Position numbers and translations under genes: made by a program | In this document: piece by piece, positions 34,042 to 44,625 of the stretch | How the letters are laid out: each line of letters begins with the position of its first letter | Numbering within the stretch: the first letter of the stretch is position 1 | Notes under the pieces: generated by a model | The model's database searches: none | What the model was told of the DNA's origin: nothing | The model's input: the letters and a program-made list of their open reading frames with translations, nothing else | From: Coleofasciculus sp. B1-GNL1-01 | GTDB taxonomy: Bacteria > Cyanobacteriota > Cyanobacteriia > Cyanobacteriales > Coleofasciculaceae | Length of the DNA stretch: 64,000 nt | Strand: one strand, 5' to 3' | Assembly (NCBI GenBank): GCA_040220235.1 | Contig: JAVJTO010000095.1

Positions 34042-36645
34042 CTAGCTGATTTCTTTCGCCAGATCCATGCCATTTAAGGGGATTTCTCTTGGCTGTTGCG
34101 ATCGCGGGTTGATCGGCATCTCGATGATGAACGTTGTCCCTTCTCCTGGAGTGGACAGGCAACTGAGTTGTCCCTGGTGTTTCTCAACGATAATTTGGTA
34201 GCAAATTGATAAGCCCAAACCTGTACCACTGCCCACAGGTTTTGTGGTAAAAAATGGATCAAAGATTTGCGGTTGCACTTCCTCAGAAATGCCGATTCCA
34301 TTGTCAGTAATGCGGATGATCACAACGTCGGTCTGCTGGTTTCCATTGTTTGGGGGGGGTTGTCGGTGAGCATCAGCGACTTCGGTGCTGATCGTAATTA
34401 TTCCAGGTGACGAGCGACTTTCTATGGCATCGAGAGCATTAACAAGTATATTCATAAACACCTGATTTAATTGATTGGCATAACAAGTCACTTGGGGGAG
34501 TTGACTATACTCTTTAATCACCTGAATTTCCTGCCGATTTCCGGGGCTTTTGAGGCGATGCTGTAAAATGAACAGCGTACTGTCTATCCCTTGATGAATA
34601 TCCACCGACTTCAGGTCAGCTTCATCGAGTCGAGAAAAGTTCTTTAGGGAAAGAATAATCTGATGAATTCGCTCTGCCCCTTCGTGGATAGAATTGAGCA
34701 GTTTATGCCAATCTTCCTGGATAAACTGTAAATCAATGGCTTCCGCTATATCTTGAATAGATGAAGGGGGATTAGGATAAGTTTCGTAATAGATATTAAT
34801 TAGCCGCAGCAAATCATTAAAGTATTGACGACCAATGGTGAGATTGCCCAAAATAAAAGAAACGGGATTATTAATTTCGTGAGTTATTCCCGCAATCATT
34901 TGCCCCAGACTGGACATTTTTGCCGTTTGTACAAGCTGGGATTGGGTGCGTTTTAATTCTTCGAGCGTGCGTTGGAGTTGATGCGCTCGTTCTCGTTCGC
35001 GTGCTTCCGATTGTCGCAGGGCGGTTTCGGCTTTTTTGCGTTGGGTGATATCTAAGGCGGTGCCGAAGAGTTTAATTACCTGATAATGTTGATCAAAAAT
35101 GGGTTCAATTCTCACCTCAAGATGCCGAACGCTTGTGCGATTCTTGGGTAAAATTTGAAACTCTAATTCGTAGCAGAGTCCTTGAGCAATGGCTTCCTTG
35201 ACTGTTTGCTCAAATTCCGAGCAGTCATCGGGATGAATGAAGTCTAGGAGTTGTTGATAGGTGGGTTCCGTTTGATTGGGTTCCAAACCAAAAATGCGAA
35301 ACAGTTCCGCTGACCAAATAATTTGATTCGTGATTACATCAAATTCCCAATTGCCAATATGAGCAATTCGTTGAGCTTGAGCCAGATTTTCTTCTGAGAG
35401 GCGCAGTTTTTCTTCCGCCTGCTTGCGCGTGGTAATATCAATGCCAAAGGATTGAACTTCTAGAATTTGTCCTTCTGTATTCCGAATCGGTTGATCTGTC
35501 CATTTAAACCAATGGAGTTCCCCCTGATCAGAAATCATGATATGTTCGGAGGTTTCTGGACATTCGTGGTTGACGAGGGATTTGGCAAAATCCCTGATTT
35601 GGTCTTGAATAAAATCAGGCAGTAAATCTACATATTTAGTACCAATCAGTTCAGTTTGAGATTTAGCAAAAAAACGACAGTAAGACTGATTGACAAACGT
35701 GAGGGTGGTATCCGGTTTCCAGCGACAGACGAGGACTTGTTCCTGAAATTCTACCAGTTCTCGATAGCGGATTTCGCTTAAACGCAATGCCTCTTGTGCT
35801 TGTTGACGTTCTGTGATATCACTGGCTGTACCTGTTACACCGACAACCTGACCCTGGTCATCAACTACTGCGATCGCGTTGAGTAATAATTGAATGGGTT
35901 CCCCAGCTTTAGTGAGATGGGTGGTTTCATATTGGAACACCGATTGTCCCTGAAGTAAACGCTCAAAAAGATTGACATCCGCTTCCAGACGTTCCGGTGA
36001 CAGAAACTCGGTAAACGAACGTCCCAGCATTTCCTCTGGAGAGTAGCCATAAAGGTGGTGTACAATCGGATTAACAAAGGTGTAAGTTCCATCCCGATTA
36101 ATCGACCAAATCAAGTCTTGTGACGCTTCAACCAGATGGCGATATTTTTTTTCACTCTCACTCAGGGCAATTTCTACCTGCTGACGTTCCTGAATTTCTT
36201 GTTGCAGTTGGATATTTTGTTCGGTTAGCTGCTTTTGTAACCGTTGCAGACGCAATTGACTCTCCACCCGCGCTAAAACTTCTTGCACTTGAAACGGTTT
36301 AGTAATATAATCGACGCCACCAACCTCAAAGGCTTTCACCTTATCAAAGGTTTCATTCAACCCACTTAAAAAAATGACTGGAATATTCTGGGTTTTCGGA
36401 GAAGCTTTCAACTGTTGGCAAACTTGATAGCCATCCATATCCGGCATGACAATATCCAGTAAAATTAAATCGGGGGGATTGTTCGCAATAGATTTCAGCG
36501 CCAGTCTACCAGTGGGAATGATCCGGATTTTGTACCCTTGTTCGCTTAACATCTCGGTTAACAGGTGCAAATTCTCCGGGGTATCATCAATCGTTAGTAT
36601 TGTCCCTTTGTACAGAGGAATTGACTCCAGCGTCATCGTCTTCAT
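34042..36645 (-). CDS. Hybrid sensor kinase REC-PAS(x3)-HisKA-HATPase
   Basis: REC (IDDTPEN, DLILLDIVMP, DYITKPF); PAS/PAC repeats; THEINNP H-box; GTGLGL. Start may be the ATG at 36636. Confidence 0.93.
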   Translation of the reverse strand: MKTMTLESIPLYKGTILTIDDTPENLHLLTEMLSEQGYKIRIIPTGRLALKSIANNPPDLILLDIVMPDMDGYQVCQQLKASPKTQNIPVIFLSGLNETFDKVKAFEVGGVDYITKPFQVQEVLARVESQLRLQRLQKQLTEQNIQLQQEIQERQQVEIALSESEKKYRHLVEASQDLIWSINRDGTYTFVNPIVHHLYGYSPEEMLGRSFTEFLSPERLEADVNLFERLLQGQSVFQYETTHLTKAGEPIQLLLNAIAVVDDQGQVVGVTGTASDITERQQAQEALRLSEIRYRELVEFQEQVLVCRWKPDTTLTFVNQSYCRFFAKSQTELIGTKYVDLLPDFIQDQIRDFAKSLVNHECPETSEHIMISDQGELHWFKWTDQPIRNTEGQILEVQSFGIDITTRKQAEEKLRLSEENLAQAQRIAHIGNWEFDVITNQIIWSAELFRIFGLEPNQTEPTYQQLLDFIHPDDCSEFEQTVKEAIAQGLCYELEFQILPKNRTSVRHLEVRIEPIFDQHYQVIKLFGTALDITQRKKAETALRQSEARERERAHQLQRTLEELKRTQSQLVQTAKMSSLGQMIAGITHEINNPVSFILGNLTIGRQYFNDLLRLINIYYETYPNPPSSIQDIAEAIDLQFIQEDWHKLLNSIHEGAERIHQIILSLKNFSRLDEADLKSVDIHQGIDSTLFILQHRLKSPGNRQEIQVIKEYSQLPQVTCYANQLNQVFMNILVNALDAIESRSSPGIITISTEVADAHRQPPPNNGNQQTDVVIIRITDNGIGISEEVQPQIFDPFFTTKPVGSGTGLGLSICYQIIVEKHQGQLSCLSTPGEGTTFIIEMPINPRSQQPREIPLNGMDLAKEIS

Positions 36646-38092
36646 CAGTAGGTGGTTTGGTCAAGGCTAATAGGTACTCGAATTGAAATTCATGAGTTAA
36701 AGTACAGAGAGAATTGGCTAAGGATTCACCGCGATCGCGAATTTCCTCAATCAGGCTCAACATCTTATCAAAATCCCCTTCAATTGTGGCTTGATGGAGC
36801 GATATTCGCCACTCCCTCGGTAAATCAGCCAAATCCGTTGGCGTCAAGGTAATGGTTATCGGGGATTCGGGACTCTTGGGTAGCATGTCAGACAGCTCAA
36901 AATTTGCAGTATCCCCAATGTGAGTAGACTGGCTTTTGGTTAATTCCAACAGGTTTTCCAGCAGTTCGAGCAAATGCTTACCCGCACTATAGATAATCCC
37001 TACATTTTTCTGATCCTCGGATGAGAGGGATTTAGAATGGTTCATCAGTTGAGCAAACCCGAGAATCGCATGGAGTGGTGTTCTAAATTCATGGTTTAAA
37101 TTAGCTAAGAAGGCACGTTTAACTTGGTTAGCGGCGGCGGCTTCGTCTTTGACTTGTTGCAGTTGTGCTTCTAACTTGGCATATTGGCTGAGGTTTTGCT
37201 GCAATTGCTCATTGATTTGACTTAACTCCTGGGTTCGCTCATCCACTTGTTGACGCAAAAGTTCAACGGTGGCATACATTTCTATGGGATTCAGCGCTTC
37301 TAGGATCGTACTTTGGGTAATGATTCCGGCGAGTCTTCCCGCTTCGTCTACAACCACTAAACGACGAATTTTATGGCGTTTCATCATTTCATTCGCCAGC
37401 ATCATTGAATCATCGATTTTAATCGGAAGCAGTGGGGTACTCATCACGGTTTCCGCCGACGTTATCGCGAAATTAATCCCCATTTTTTGGGACTGAATAA
37501 TATCGCGTTCGGTAATAATTCCCTGGGGAATAATATCTGCGTTATTTTGGGTTTCAGTAATCACGATGCAGCTTTTTTTATGGGTCACCATTTGCTGAGT
37601 AATTTCTAGCAGGGATGCCGTGACAGAATTCTGAATCACCTGAGACGTCATCACATCTCCCACTCGTTTAAACTTTAATAAGTCAGTCGGTTGAACAACC
37701 TCTCGAATGGTTTTAGGCGTAATCACTCCAATAATTTCACCCCCTTTATCGATGACAGGTAAATGACGAATATGATGCTGGCGTAGCAGGTGAAGAATGG
37801 CAAAAATGCCTTGATCTTGGTCAACGGAAACGGTAATCGGATCAGGCGTCATCACCGATTGAATGCTTAAATTTTCCAGGGATAGCTGATGGGCAGCGAT
37901 GCCGACAAAATCCCGTTCTGTGAAAATACCCACTAACCGTTTTTCTTTGACGACTAATGCATAACTACTCTGGTGTTCATTAAGCCAATTAATAACCGTT
38001 GTTACCCGAATCTGGGGAGTAACAATTAGGGGATGGCGATCAATAGATTTTGATTGCGATAATTGTTCCAAGAGAGGACTGCAAGATAACAT
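36587..38092 (-). CDS. CBS-pair (x2) plus HisKA protein lacking HATPase and REC domains
   Basis: GIFTERD and GIITERD CBS motifs; FLANLNHEFRTPL H-box; no N/G1/F/G2 boxes; C-terminal helical tail. Confidence 0.85.
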   Translation of the reverse strand: MLSCSPLLEQLSQSKSIDRHPLIVTPQIRVTTVINWLNEHQSSYALVVKEKRLVGIFTERDFVGIAAHQLSLENLSIQSVMTPDPITVSVDQDQGIFAILHLLRQHHIRHLPVIDKGGEIIGVITPKTIREVVQPTDLLKFKRVGDVMTSQVIQNSVTASLLEITQQMVTHKKSCIVITETQNNADIIPQGIITERDIIQSQKMGINFAITSAETVMSTPLLPIKIDDSMMLANEMMKRHKIRRLVVVDEAGRLAGIITQSTILEALNPIEMYATVELLRQQVDERTQELSQINEQLQQNLSQYAKLEAQLQQVKDEAAAANQVKRAFLANLNHEFRTPLHAILGFAQLMNHSKSLSSEDQKNVGIIYSAGKHLLELLENLLELTKSQSTHIGDTANFELSDMLPKSPESPITITLTPTDLADLPREWRISLHQATIEGDFDKMLSLIEEIRDRGESLANSLCTLTHEFQFEYLLALTKPPTDEDDDAGVNSSVQRDNTND

Positions 38093-38306
38093 TTTTAGGT
38101 TTTCAAAACTTAATGAGATTAGTTAGTATAATGATACTTGATGTTTGGCAAGGCTTGTAGTTTGTTTGTCCCTCTTGTATCTATCTCCTTGTTTTTTGGG
38201 AGTCCCTTGAGTTGTACAATTCAAATAGACCGACTATATAACCTGTCGCTCAGTCAAGGTATTAGGTTGGGAGTTGTTCACGACTGATTTAGACGAGATC
38301 AGGGTT

Positions 38307-41300
38307 TCACATTTCATTATTATTGCATAATTCAGACTCCCTACTTATCCAAGGTTCGGTGATATCGAGTAATCGTTCAAACTGGAAATCATGAGCCAAG
38401 TCGGTTAGAGTCTTGGCTAAGATTTTATCCTGATCCTGGATTTGACGGATTAAGCTTAACATCTCCTCAAAATCTCCTTCCAGAGTAGCTTGGTAAAATG
38501 ATGACAGCCAATCCGTAGGTAGGATAGCCAAATCATCAGAGGTTAAGGTGATTGTCTCCGGTGGCGCAGGAGTTTCCTCTAGTTCATCATAGATAAAGCT
38601 GACTCCCAGATGTTGGGTTATGGCTGCCAACAAATCAGATTCGTGAAACGGCTTAGTGATGAAATCCGCGCAACCCACCTCTAAGGCTTTTAACCGTTCT
38701 TCTTCTATTACACTAGCACTTAGGGCAATGATTATTGGTGATGTAGAGACGCGCCATGGCGCGTCTCTACACTGTCGAATGTGTTGGGTAACAGCGTAGC
38801 CATCCATTCTCGGCATTCGCAAATCCATTAAAATTAAATCAGGTTGCCAATTCTGCCAAATCTCAATCGCCTCTTCACCATTACTCGCCTCTTGGAGTTC
38901 AAACCCCAAGGGATTCAGCAGTTGCATTAATAGTTGACGGTTTTCCCCTTGATCATCCACAATTAAAATTCGATAGTGGGGTTGATTTGGGGCAAGGGCA
39001 ATAACGCGACGTGAAGTCGTTTGAGGTGTGCTAGAAGTCACCTGGGTTTCCTTTGCCTGAATATCAAACGTAAAGGTTGTTCCCTGGCTAACTTGGCTTT
39101 CAACTGTGATTTCCCCACCCATCAGTTGGATAAACTTGCGCGTAATCGGCAATCCTAAACCCGTTCCACTCTGGGATTGTACTCCGCTTTGGCTTTGCAC
39201 AAACGCTTCAAAAATACTCTCTAATTCATCCGCCGCAATACCGCATCCGGTATCTTTAATTTCAAAATAAAGCGTCATTCGTCCGTCGTCATTTGTCCGT
39301 TGTTGTGCAACATTCATAACCACACTCCCGGTTGAGGTAAATTTAACCGCATTACTCAGGAGATTAATTAAGACTTGACGTAACTTAATTTCATCGGTTT
39401 GGATTGTCGGAGGAACATCCGCCGCCCAGTTAAACCGTAATTGTAACCCTTTCTCATTTACTTTGAGTCGAAACATATCTTCAACTTCACGCAAAAGATG
39501 ATGCAGGTTAAACGTAGTTTCATTCAAAGTAATACGTCCCGCCTCAATTTTGGATAAATCTAAAACTTGGTTAATTAGCGTCAGTAAATGTTCTCCACTA
39601 TGGTGAATAATCCGTAGATTGTCTTGGTATTGGCGGGGAAGAGTGACACTATTGCTCATCAGTTGAGCAAATCCCAAAATGGCATTGAGAGGACTTCGCA
39701 ATTCATGACTCATATTTGCCAGGAATGTGCTTTTTGCCCGATTCGCAGCATCGGCGGCTTCTTTTGCCTCTTGTAAGGCAATTTCAGCTAACTTGCGTTC
39801 GGTAATATCGGTATTCGTGCCAATCATGCGGATACCCTTCCCTTGGACATCTCGGATGGCTTGTCCCCGGACGACAATCCAACGAATTGAACCGTCTTTG
39901 TGCATTATCCGATGTTCAACCCGGTACTCTGAGGTTTCTCCGGCTAAATGTGCCTGGGTTGCGGCTAGTAATGTGGACTGATCATCGGGATGAATCAAGA
40001 TAATCCAATCGTTAAAATTATTAGCAATTTCTGTTTCTGTGTAACCGAGAATTGCTTGAATTGTGGGGTCAATATAAAATTCATTCGTCTCTACATTCCA
40101 TTCCCAAACCCCTACCTTTGCCGCACGAGTAGCTAACTCATAGCGCTGTTCACTCTCTTGTAAGGCGGCTTCCATCTGTTGGCGTTCAGTGATGTCTGTG
40201 GCGGTACCGAGAAGCTGGGTAACCCTACCGTCAGCGGTTCTAGCAAAGGGAGTTTCTCGACCCAAAAGTGTGCGCCATTCTCCATTGGCATCTCTGACGC
40301 GGTACTCGATTTCAAAGATTTCTTCATCCGCCGCGTTTTGGACTTGTTGAAAATAGGCGGGTAATCGGGCTAAATCCTCTGGATGAATCAGAGTTGGCAG
40401 GACATTTGCACCCATAGCTTGAATTTGTTCTGTAGTATAGCCCAAAAACACTGCTATCTCCCGGTTGGTGTAGATATTGCGTTGTTCATTCAGGTCAAAA
40501 ATATATAAAAGATTGGGAGAGGCTTCTGCAATTCGTTGCACAAAATGCTGACTTTCCCGTAGTGCAGCTTCGGCTTGCTTGCGTTCAGTAATATCGCGAA
40601 CAATGCCAATTCTTTCTCCTCCGGGTAATAATGTAACCGAGACTTCATGGGGAAATGTGCTACCATCACGGCGTAAACCTTGGGCTTCGGTGCGGCAATA
40701 TCCCTGCTCTAACAATAAGGGTATAGATTCCGCCAGCAGCCGTTGATATTCGCTAATATCGTACAGCGTCTGCCAATTTTGACCGAGGAGTTGGGCAGCA
40801 CTATCATAACCAAATATTTGGGCGTATGCTTGGTTAAGAGAGACATATTCTCCCTGCTGATTCATAATTGCAATCCCATCGGTAGCGGCTGACATCGCGG
40901 CGGCTTGCAACTGTAAGGTTTTCTCAACCTGTTTGCGATCGCTAATATTAAAGCTAGTACCAATCAGTCGATAAATTCGCGAGTTGCTATCCCGTAGAGG
41001 GGTTAAATTGGTAATCCACCAGGTTTCTTGTTCTTGAATCTGTAGGCATTCTTCATAACTCATTCGTTCCCCGGCTGCAACACAGGCATGATACCGTTGA
41101 GACACCGCCTGTGCCGTTTCTGGAGTTAATGCTTCTTGCGGAGTCTTACCGCTTAGTTCTGAGGAGAGAAGACCAGACATCCGTTCATGGGTGGGATTAA
41201 TACTAACATAACAGAATTCGCCATTTTCGAGAACATCCACGATAAAAACAGCCGCTTCAATCCCGTCATAGATACTGCGTAAAAAGACTTCTCGTTCTCT

Positions 41301-43331
41301 GAGGGATTCCTCGGCTTGCTTGCGTTCGGTGATATCCTGAACGACAACCATACCCGCTATAATTTCTCCAGCATCATTTTGCACTGCCCGAGTTTGTACC
41401 AGATGAATGCAATTGAGATAGGGAATTTCCAGGGTTTGTTCTATCCCCGCCAAAGCATCACGATACAGCGGTTCAACCAGCGCACATTCTGGTTCGGATA
41501 AAGCCTCCCAAATTGTTTGTCCTTCTAATAGATTCCGACTATATCCTGAACCTGACTTGCCTAAACTTTGACCATCGGCAACTAAATAACGTAAATTATG
41601 ATCAAACAAAAAAATTGCCCCATTAGGAAAATGTTTTGCCATGGTACGATACAGTTGTTCGCTGTTGCGTAATTCAACTTCTGCTTGCTTGCGATCGCTG
41701 ATATCAATTGCCGTACCAATTACCTGCTTGACTGTACCCTCTGGAGTTCGGGCGAATACCGTTTCTCGACCAAATAAGGTATGCCATTTCCCGTGGATAT
41801 CCTGCATCCGGTACTCTATCTCTAAAATTTCTCCATCCGCCGCCGTCGCCAGCTTTTGTAACTGTTCTGAGACGATAGTGACATCATCGGGGTGCAACAA
41901 GCCGGAGATAAAATTATCGCCCATGGCTTGAATTTCTGCGGGTGTATAACCCAGAATTGTGGTAATTTCTTGGTTGCTGTAGATATTCCGATTTTCAATC
42001 AGATCATAAATATATAAGCAATAGGGTGAAGCCGCTGCAATTTGTTCAATAAAATGTTTACTTTGGCGCAGTTGTTCCTCGGCTTGTTTTTGAGCGCTAC
42101 TATCAATACTTACACCCACATAGCCGATGGGATTTCCTTGGTGATCTCGAATTAGGGTATTGGTGGCATAAACGGGGAAGGTGCTACCATCTTGGCGTTG
42201 AACAGTAAATTCTCCCTGCCAACAGCCGTTTGCTTGAACGCTGGCTAAAATGTCCTGGGCTAGGACTTTATCTTGGGGGAGTACGGTAACATTAAGAATG
42301 GATTGACCGAGTATGGTTTCGGGATTGAGTTGATATAAACGCTGAGCAAATTGATTGGTGTAGATAATGGTTCCAGCTAAATCGGTGGCAATCACAGCGT
42401 TATTGACTTGATCCAGTAGAGAGGCTTGAAAAGCAATTTGGGCTTCCGCTTGTTTGCGATCGCTAATATCGCGGACGATGGAAAGGATCTCCTGGTTACA
42501 ACAGGGAACAATACGGGCTTCATAATCCCGCCATTGATTCTCGATCTGGAGTTGATAGTCGAGTTGTTGCACCTCACCCGATACCAAGCTTTCCTGATAA
42601 GCCGCCCTAATTTTCTGGGCTAAGTCTGGGGGTAAAACCTCTTCTAGTTTTTTGCCTAAAAAATCCTGGGCTGGGGCGAATGTGGGGATAGTCGGCGCGG
42701 GTTTAAAATCGATAAACGTACCATCCGCCTGGGAACAGAAAATCATATCCGGAATCGCCGCCAGTAGCGCCTGATTTCGGGCTTGGCTATGGCGTAATTC
42801 TTCGGTTTGTTCCGCCACCTGTTGCTCTAATTTCTGATGATAATCGGCTGAAATCCGCTCAGGCGGCTGACGTTCACTGATATCAACAAACGCCGCGATC
42901 GCATGAGTCAGATTTCCCTGACAATCATAGATAGGGGCACCCCAAGCTTCGACGGGAATTGTGCGATCGGGGCGACGGATTTCCATATCATCAACCCGTA
43001 CCCGTTTTCCTTGTAACGCTTGCCATAGGGGATGGCGATTCTGGGGATACAATTCATCGGTTCCCGCCCGATAAATCCGATAGGTTTCAATGAATTGATC
43101 CGCCGTCACTGATTCAACCCCTCCTTGACCCAAAATTTGCTCACCGATTTGATTTACATAGTCAGGTTTCCCATCAGCTTCTAACACAAAAATTCCCACA
43201 GGTACAGCATCAAGAAGCTGTTTGAGGCGATGTTCCCTCTCTTGGAGTTGGGCAATTAATACGGCTTGGTCTCGATTGGCTTGGTTGAATCCCTGATTCA
43301 TTTGATGCAGTTGCGCTGTTTTTTGAGTCAA
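38307..43331 (-). CDS. Multi-PAS hybrid histidine kinase (about 9 PAS, HisKA, HATPase, REC)
   Basis: Repeated DISDRKQAE PAC ends; MSHELRSPL, GTGLGL and REC DLILMDLRMP motifs; TTG start uncertain. Confidence 0.93.
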   Translation of the reverse strand: MTQKTAQLHQMNQGFNQANRDQAVLIAQLQEREHRLKQLLDAVPVGIFVLEADGKPDYVNQIGEQILGQGGVESVTADQFIETYRIYRAGTDELYPQNRHPLWQALQGKRVRVDDMEIRRPDRTIPVEAWGAPIYDCQGNLTHAIAAFVDISERQPPERISADYHQKLEQQVAEQTEELRHSQARNQALLAAIPDMIFCSQADGTFIDFKPAPTIPTFAPAQDFLGKKLEEVLPPDLAQKIRAAYQESLVSGEVQQLDYQLQIENQWRDYEARIVPCCNQEILSIVRDISDRKQAEAQIAFQASLLDQVNNAVIATDLAGTIIYTNQFAQRLYQLNPETILGQSILNVTVLPQDKVLAQDILASVQANGCWQGEFTVQRQDGSTFPVYATNTLIRDHQGNPIGYVGVSIDSSAQKQAEEQLRQSKHFIEQIAAASPYCLYIYDLIENRNIYSNQEITTILGYTPAEIQAMGDNFISGLLHPDDVTIVSEQLQKLATAADGEILEIEYRMQDIHGKWHTLFGRETVFARTPEGTVKQVIGTAIDISDRKQAEVELRNSEQLYRTMAKHFPNGAIFLFDHNLRYLVADGQSLGKSGSGYSRNLLEGQTIWEALSEPECALVEPLYRDALAGIEQTLEIPYLNCIHLVQTRAVQNDAGEIIAGMVVVQDITERKQAEESLREREVFLRSIYDGIEAAVFIVDVLENGEFCYVSINPTHERMSGLLSSELSGKTPQEALTPETAQAVSQRYHACVAAGERMSYEECLQIQEQETWWITNLTPLRDSNSRIYRLIGTSFNISDRKQVEKTLQLQAAAMSAATDGIAIMNQQGEYVSLNQAYAQIFGYDSAAQLLGQNWQTLYDISEYQRLLAESIPLLLEQGYCRTEAQGLRRDGSTFPHEVSVTLLPGGERIGIVRDITERKQAEAALRESQHFVQRIAEASPNLLYIFDLNEQRNIYTNREIAVFLGYTTEQIQAMGANVLPTLIHPEDLARLPAYFQQVQNAADEEIFEIEYRVRDANGEWRTLLGRETPFARTADGRVTQLLGTATDITERQQMEAALQESEQRYELATRAAKVGVWEWNVETNEFYIDPTIQAILGYTETEIANNFNDWIILIHPDDQSTLLAATQAHLAGETSEYRVEHRIMHKDGSIRWIVVRGQAIRDVQGKGIRMIGTNTDITERKLAEIALQEAKEAADAANRAKSTFLANMSHELRSPLNAILGFAQLMSNSVTLPRQYQDNLRIIHHSGEHLLTLINQVLDLSKIEAGRITLNETTFNLHHLLREVEDMFRLKVNEKGLQLRFNWAADVPPTIQTDEIKLRQVLINLLSNAVKFTSTGSVVMNVAQQRTNDDGRMTLYFEIKDTGCGIAADELESIFEAFVQSQSGVQSQSGTGLGLPITRKFIQLMGGEITVESQVSQGTTFTFDIQAKETQVTSSTPQTTSRRVIALAPNQPHYRILIVDDQGENRQLLMQLLNPLGFELQEASNGEEAIEIWQNWQPDLILMDLRMPRMDGYAVTQHIRQCRDAPWRVSTSPIIIALSASVIEEERLKALEVGCADFITKPFHESDLLAAITQHLGVSFIYDELEETPAPPETITLTSDDLAILPTDWLSSFYQATLEGDFEEMLSLIRQIQDQDKILAKTLTDLAHDFQFERLLDITEPWISRESELCNNNEM
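38742..38771. repeat. Perfect 30-bp GTAG-type REP palindrome inside a CDS
   Basis: TGTAGAGACGCGCCATGGCGCGTCTCTACA; a partial intergenic copy lies at 14404-14428. Confidence 0.92.
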
Positions 43332-43360
43332 TTCTTGGTCTTGATTATAGCGCTTCCTTC

Positions 43361-43393
43361 AGATCCCCGGCTTCTTAAAGAAGTCGGGGATCT
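43361..43393. repeat. Palindromic repeat / possible terminator hairpin
   Basis: AGATCCCCGGCTTCTTAAAGAAGTCGGGGATCT just downstream of the yihY stop. Confidence 0.6.
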
Positions 43394-43410
43394 CGTCTTC
43401 AAGTTTAATC

Positions 43411-44469
43411 CTATTTTTGTTTTTTGTCTAACCCCATTTTCCGGGCTGCATCATGGTAGGTTTTCAACGCTTTAGCCCCTACATTACCGGACTGTTTTTG
43501 CTTCGGTGATTTTTTTGAACCCTCTGAATCTGAATCGCCTGTCGCTTCTTTCAGGGCTTCGGTATGAGCAATTCCTTGTTTTGCCCGATCTGCTTCAGTC
43601 AGTTGAATCGCATGTTTATCGGGAACAATGTTTGAGCCAAACTTACTGGCATAAACTTGGGTAAATTCTGCGCCGATAAACAGAATTTGAGCTGAATAGT
43701 AAACCCAAGCCAGAAAAATCACTAATGACCCCGCCGCGCCGTATGTTGAGGCAAAACTCCCCCGCCCTAAATACATGCCAATTAAAGTTTTACCAATGGT
43801 AAAAAGTATGGCAGTAATACTCGCCCCAATCCAGACATCACTCCAGCTAATTTTAACATCTGGAAGGAACTTGTACATCATCGCAAATAATAGCGTAATT
43901 ACGCCCAGGGAAAGCACCCAATTTAACAGTGACCAGAGGAATCCTACTCCAAAAAGTAGATCACTGGCATAATTACTCAACGCCGATAACGCTGCACTGA
44001 CAATCAGAGACACTAAGAGTAAAAAGCCAATCCCCAGCACAACCGAAAAGGACAGTAACCGTTTCTGTAAAAAACCTTTAACGGGTCGTCCTGGTTTGGG
44101 TTGTACTCCCCAAACGGTATTCAAAGCGTCTTGCAGTTGAGCGAAGACTCCCGATGCACCAAACAGCAGTACAATGATACTGATAATTGAGGCAATATTG
44201 CTAATATTTGGTCGATTGGCATTTTGAATCGCCGTTTCAATCACCTTAGCCCCCTCAGTACCTACCAGCCCTTGAATTTGCTCGACAATCTCCCCTCGTG
44301 CGGCTTCCGGACCAAAAATTGAACCCGCGATCGCGATCGCGATAATCAACAACGGTGCGAGGGAAAACACCGTGTAATAGGCTAAGGCGGCGGCTAACCG
44401 TGACGCTTTATCCTCTTGCCATTCTTGAATCGTTTCCTTAAATAGTTCTCCAACAACCTTAAAATTCAT
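43411..44469 (-). CDS. YihY/virulence factor BrkB family membrane protein
   Basis: RLAAALAYYTVFSLAP, TYGAAGSL and WVYYSAQILFIGAE motifs; ATG MNFK at 44469. Confidence 0.92.
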   Translation of the reverse strand: MNFKVVGELFKETIQEWQEDKASRLAAALAYYTVFSLAPLLIIAIAIAGSIFGPEAARGEIVEQIQGLVGTEGAKVIETAIQNANRPNISNIASIISIIVLLFGASGVFAQLQDALNTVWGVQPKPGRPVKGFLQKRLLSFSVVLGIGFLLLVSLIVSAALSALSNYASDLLFGVGFLWSLLNWVLSLGVITLLFAMMYKFLPDVKISWSDVWIGASITAILFTIGKTLIGMYLGRGSFASTYGAAGSLVIFLAWVYYSAQILFIGAEFTQVYASKFGSNIVPDKHAIQLTEADRAKQGIAHTEALKEATGDSDSEGSKKSPKQKQSGNVGAKALKTYHDAARKMGLDKKQK

Positions 44470-44625
44470 CACCAACCACTCCACGCAGGATTTTCGATAT
44501 CATATTGTTTTCACCATTTATAAAATTTCACGAGTTTCAGCGCAACCCTCTAAAGTTAGAAGTTTAGCCTTATACTAGATGCCATCCTCCCTCTCTTCTC
44601 ACATTCCCAATCGCCCTGCTCAATC

